Assembly: GCA_009379995.1 (NCBI GenBank)
Contig: WHSR01000006.1
Location: forward strand, 41,865 to 105,864
Direction of reading: 5' to 3'
Length of the DNA: 64,000 nt
Origin: Streptosporangiales bacterium
GTDB taxonomy: Bacteria; Actinomycetota; Actinomycetes; Streptosporangiales; WHSR01
Shown here: in pieces, positions 62,232 to 64,000 of the stretch
Layout: every line of letters starts with the position of its first letter
Numbering within the stretch: the stretch's first letter is position 1
Notes under the pieces: generated by a model
Seen by the model: only the letters and a program-made list of their open reading frames with translations
Told to the model about the DNA's origin: nothing
Databases searched by the model: none
Position numbers and translations under genes: made by a program

Positions 62232-63125
62232 TCAGTGGATACGACTGCCCTGCGCGACGAGCAGGACCACATCCAGAGCGGCCACCAGTATTGCCACCAG
62301 GAACGCGTAGCGCGACCGATACCCGCTTCCGTCCCGCCCGTCGCGGGCGCGAGCCCGTACGGCCACCCCTGCGACCACCACCGCGACGACCACGACGAGG
62401 CCGGCCGTGCCGAGCGCGCCGGGCGGGCCCGGCGGGGCGATGACGAGCAGCACGGTGCCGACCACGAGCAGTCCCGCGGACAACAGCCGGGAACCCGTCT
62501 CGCCGAGCCGGTGCGGCAGACCGCGGATCCCGGTGGCCAGGTCGCCGGGGAGGTCCGGCAGCACGTTGGCGAAGTGCGCGCCCATGCCGAGCAACGCCCC
62601 TGTGGCGAGCGCCCACCAGGCCGGCCATGGGTGTCCGGGCAGCCCGAGCGTCACGAACGCGGGCAGCAGCCCGAACCCGACCGCGTACGGGACGGGCGAG
62701 AGCAGCGTCCGCTTCGCACCCAGGTTGTACGCCCAGGCCGCGGCGACGCCAGCCAGATGGGCGGCAGCGGCCCGGGGCCCGCTCGCCAGCGACAGCGGGA
62801 CGCAGGCCGCCACGGCGATCACCGCGGCGGCTCCGACGACGCGGGGCGCCACGGCGCGACCGACCAGCGGCTTGTCGGCCCTGCCGGTGCTGCGGTCCCG
62901 TTCCCGGTCCAGGTAGTCGTTGCTCCAGCCCACCGACAGCTGGCCGGCCAGTACGGCGACGCCGACCCACGCCGCACCGAGGCCCCGTCCCGCCGAGATC
63001 GCAAGCGCCGTGACGACCAGGGTGACCGCCGCCGTCGGCTCCGGATGGCAGGCGCGGAGCAGCGCGAGGGCGGCACGCATGGTCACGGGGGGCGGGCCCA
63101 GAGGGTAGGGGGGCGGGAAAGACAT
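62232..63125 (-). CDS. UbiA-family prenyltransferase
   Basis: Asp-rich motif GWSNDYLDRERD, 8-9 TM helices, and a second motif region HFANVLPDLPGD. Start at 63125 or 63080. Confidence 0.75.
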   Translation of the reverse strand: MSFPPPYPLGPPPVTMRAALALLRACHPEPTAAVTLVVTALAISAGRGLGAAWVGVAVLAGQLSVGWSNDYLDRERDRSTGRADKPLVGRAVAPRVVGAAAVIAVAACVPLSLASGPRAAAAHLAGVAAAWAYNLGAKRTLLSPVPYAVGFGLLPAFVTLGLPGHPWPAWWALATGALLGMGAHFANVLPDLPGDLATGIRGLPHRLGETGSRLLSAGLLVVGTVLLVIAPPGPPGALGTAGLVVVVAVVVAGVAVRARARDGRDGSGYRSRYAFLVAILVAALDVVLLVAQGSRIH

Positions 63126-63146
63126 GGCTGTGACAGGCTGGGCGAT

Positions 63147-63938
63147 ATGGGCGGTATGGCCGATGCGCCGAACACGGCGGCGCCGGAAGCGCGCACGAAG
63201 ACGGGCGCGCCGCTGCGGCCCCGCAACCACCCGGCCCAGTACGACGACCTCGCCGACCAGTGGTGGAAGCCGCGGGGCGCGTTCGCGATGCTGCACTGGA
63301 TCGCCGCCGCCCGCGCCCGGCTGGTGCCCCCGCCGTCCCGGGGGGAGGCCGTGCTGCTCGACGTGGCCTGCGGCGGAGGTCTCCTCGCCCCGCACCTCGA
63401 CGGCCTCGGGTACGTCCACATAGGGGTCGACCTGTCGCCCACCGCGGCCACCGTCGCCCACGCGCACGGGGTCGACGCCGTCGTCCGGGGCGACGCCTGC
63501 CGGCTGCCGTTCGCGGACGCGAGCGTGGACGTGGTGGTGGCCGGCGAGATCCTCGAGCACGTGCCCGATCGGCCGCTGGCCGTCGCCGAGTGCTGCCGGG
63601 TGCTGCGCCCCGGCGGAACGCTCGTCCTGGATACCGTCGCTGACACCTGGCTGGCCCGCCTCCTCGTCGTCACCGTAGCCGAGCGCATCCCCGGCGCCGC
63701 GCCCCGGCACATCCACGACCCCGCGCTCTTCGTCGACCGCCGGGCCCTGCTCGTTGAATGCGCCTCGCACGGGGTACGGCTCCGGTTGAACGGTCTGCGT
63801 CCCAGCCTCGTACAGCTCCTGGGATGGCTCGCCCGCCGGCGCGGGGAGGTCGACATGGTTCCGGGCGGCCCGACGACTGTCCTGTTCCAGGGAGTCGGGG
63901 TGAAGGTCGGCTCGATGCGGAGAACCGCTGCCCCGTGA
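63147..63938 (+). CDS. Class I SAM-dependent methyltransferase (UbiG/UbiE-like)
   Basis: Motif I LLDVACGGGLLAPHL, DVVVAGEILEHV and RVLRPGGTLVLDT. Divergent from the UbiA gene. Confidence 0.8.
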   Translation: MGGMADAPNTAAPEARTKTGAPLRPRNHPAQYDDLADQWWKPRGAFAMLHWIAAARARLVPPPSRGEAVLLDVACGGGLLAPHLDGLGYVHIGVDLSPTAATVAHAHGVDAVVRGDACRLPFADASVDVVVAGEILEHVPDRPLAVAECCRVLRPGGTLVLDTVADTWLARLLVVTVAERIPGAAPRHIHDPALFVDRRALLVECASHGVRLRLNGLRPSLVQLLGWLARRRGEVDMVPGGPTTVLFQGVGVKVGSMRRTAAP

Positions 63939-64000
63939 CACCGGACAAGGCGGCGGAGAAGGCCCGCGAGCTCGCACCCAGGCTCGCCGCGCGGGCCGAC
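63935..64000 (+). CDS. Start of an unidentified gene (runs out of window)
   Basis: A GTG overlaps the preceding TGA (GTGA). VTPDKAAEKARELAPRLAARAD has high GC3. Too short to classify. Confidence 0.3.
   Translation, partial: MTPDKAAEKARELAPRLAARAD

Noticed and set aside
1-64000. Search for transposases, integrases, phage genes, toxin-antitoxin pairs or known defence-system genes that could mobilise the repeats or cassette.
   Set aside because: None of the translations shows DDE, tyrosine- or serine-recombinase, HUH or typical TA/defence signatures. The mobile-looking features must be non-autonomous or relics.

Overview
Very GC-rich (by eye, not computed) chromosomal segment of an actinomycete. 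I call about 60 protein genes, one tRNA-Thr(TGT), and no rRNA, CRISPR array, transposase or integrase. Content is mostly housekeeping and metabolism. It includes two sugar-ABC permeases, tenA, and a minus-strand aminotransferase/YkvI-like permease/MBL hydrolase/GntR cluster. It also holds a type-II NADH dehydrogenase fused to a novel membrane module, polX, ygfZ, dtd, an XRE/HbhA-like/DUF2516 block, alaX-like, R2lox, otsB, mgtC-like, a macro-domain protein and blaI/blaR1-like. The conserved actinobacterial block carD-(ispD missing)-ispF ... cysS-rlmB is present, along with fahA, a P450, fadE-type acyl-CoA dehydrogenase, rsgA, thiolase/enoyl-CoA hydratase, a large RPH-like PEP-utilising enzyme, MerR, and a UbiA prenyltransferase with a methyltransferase. 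The signals gene calls do not explain are as follows. (1) Two unrelated families of intergenic palindromic repeats: family A in 6 copies (core GTGATCTTGCAGAAATT) and family B in 4 copies (core GCCGAGATCTATGTTGTGGGG). They sit at gene ends and in three cases supply a gene's last codons or stop codon. (2) A 42/43-nt sequence inserted in frame, in opposite orientations, into two unrelated genes (rsgA and a small membrane protein). (3) A 900-bp, visibly less GC-rich, single-gene NYN-domain cassette bounded by 27-bp direct repeats that duplicate the 5' end of dtd. (4) An orphan 900-aa membrane receptor-like protein: degenerate P-loop-like cytoplasmic domain, TM helix and type-1 periplasmic-binding domain. 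(5) A ~130-aa four-helix membrane module present once as the N-terminus of NDH-2 and three times in the translationally coupled downstream gene. (6) Loss of ispD from its conserved position, leaving a ~38-codon remnant. Several conserved genes carry frameshifts (aminotransferase, rsgA, S55 peptidase x4, AraC relic). At least the rsgA one sits in a homopolymer, so sequence errors cannot be excluded. All homology statements come from reading the supplied translations and recognising motifs; no database search was run.
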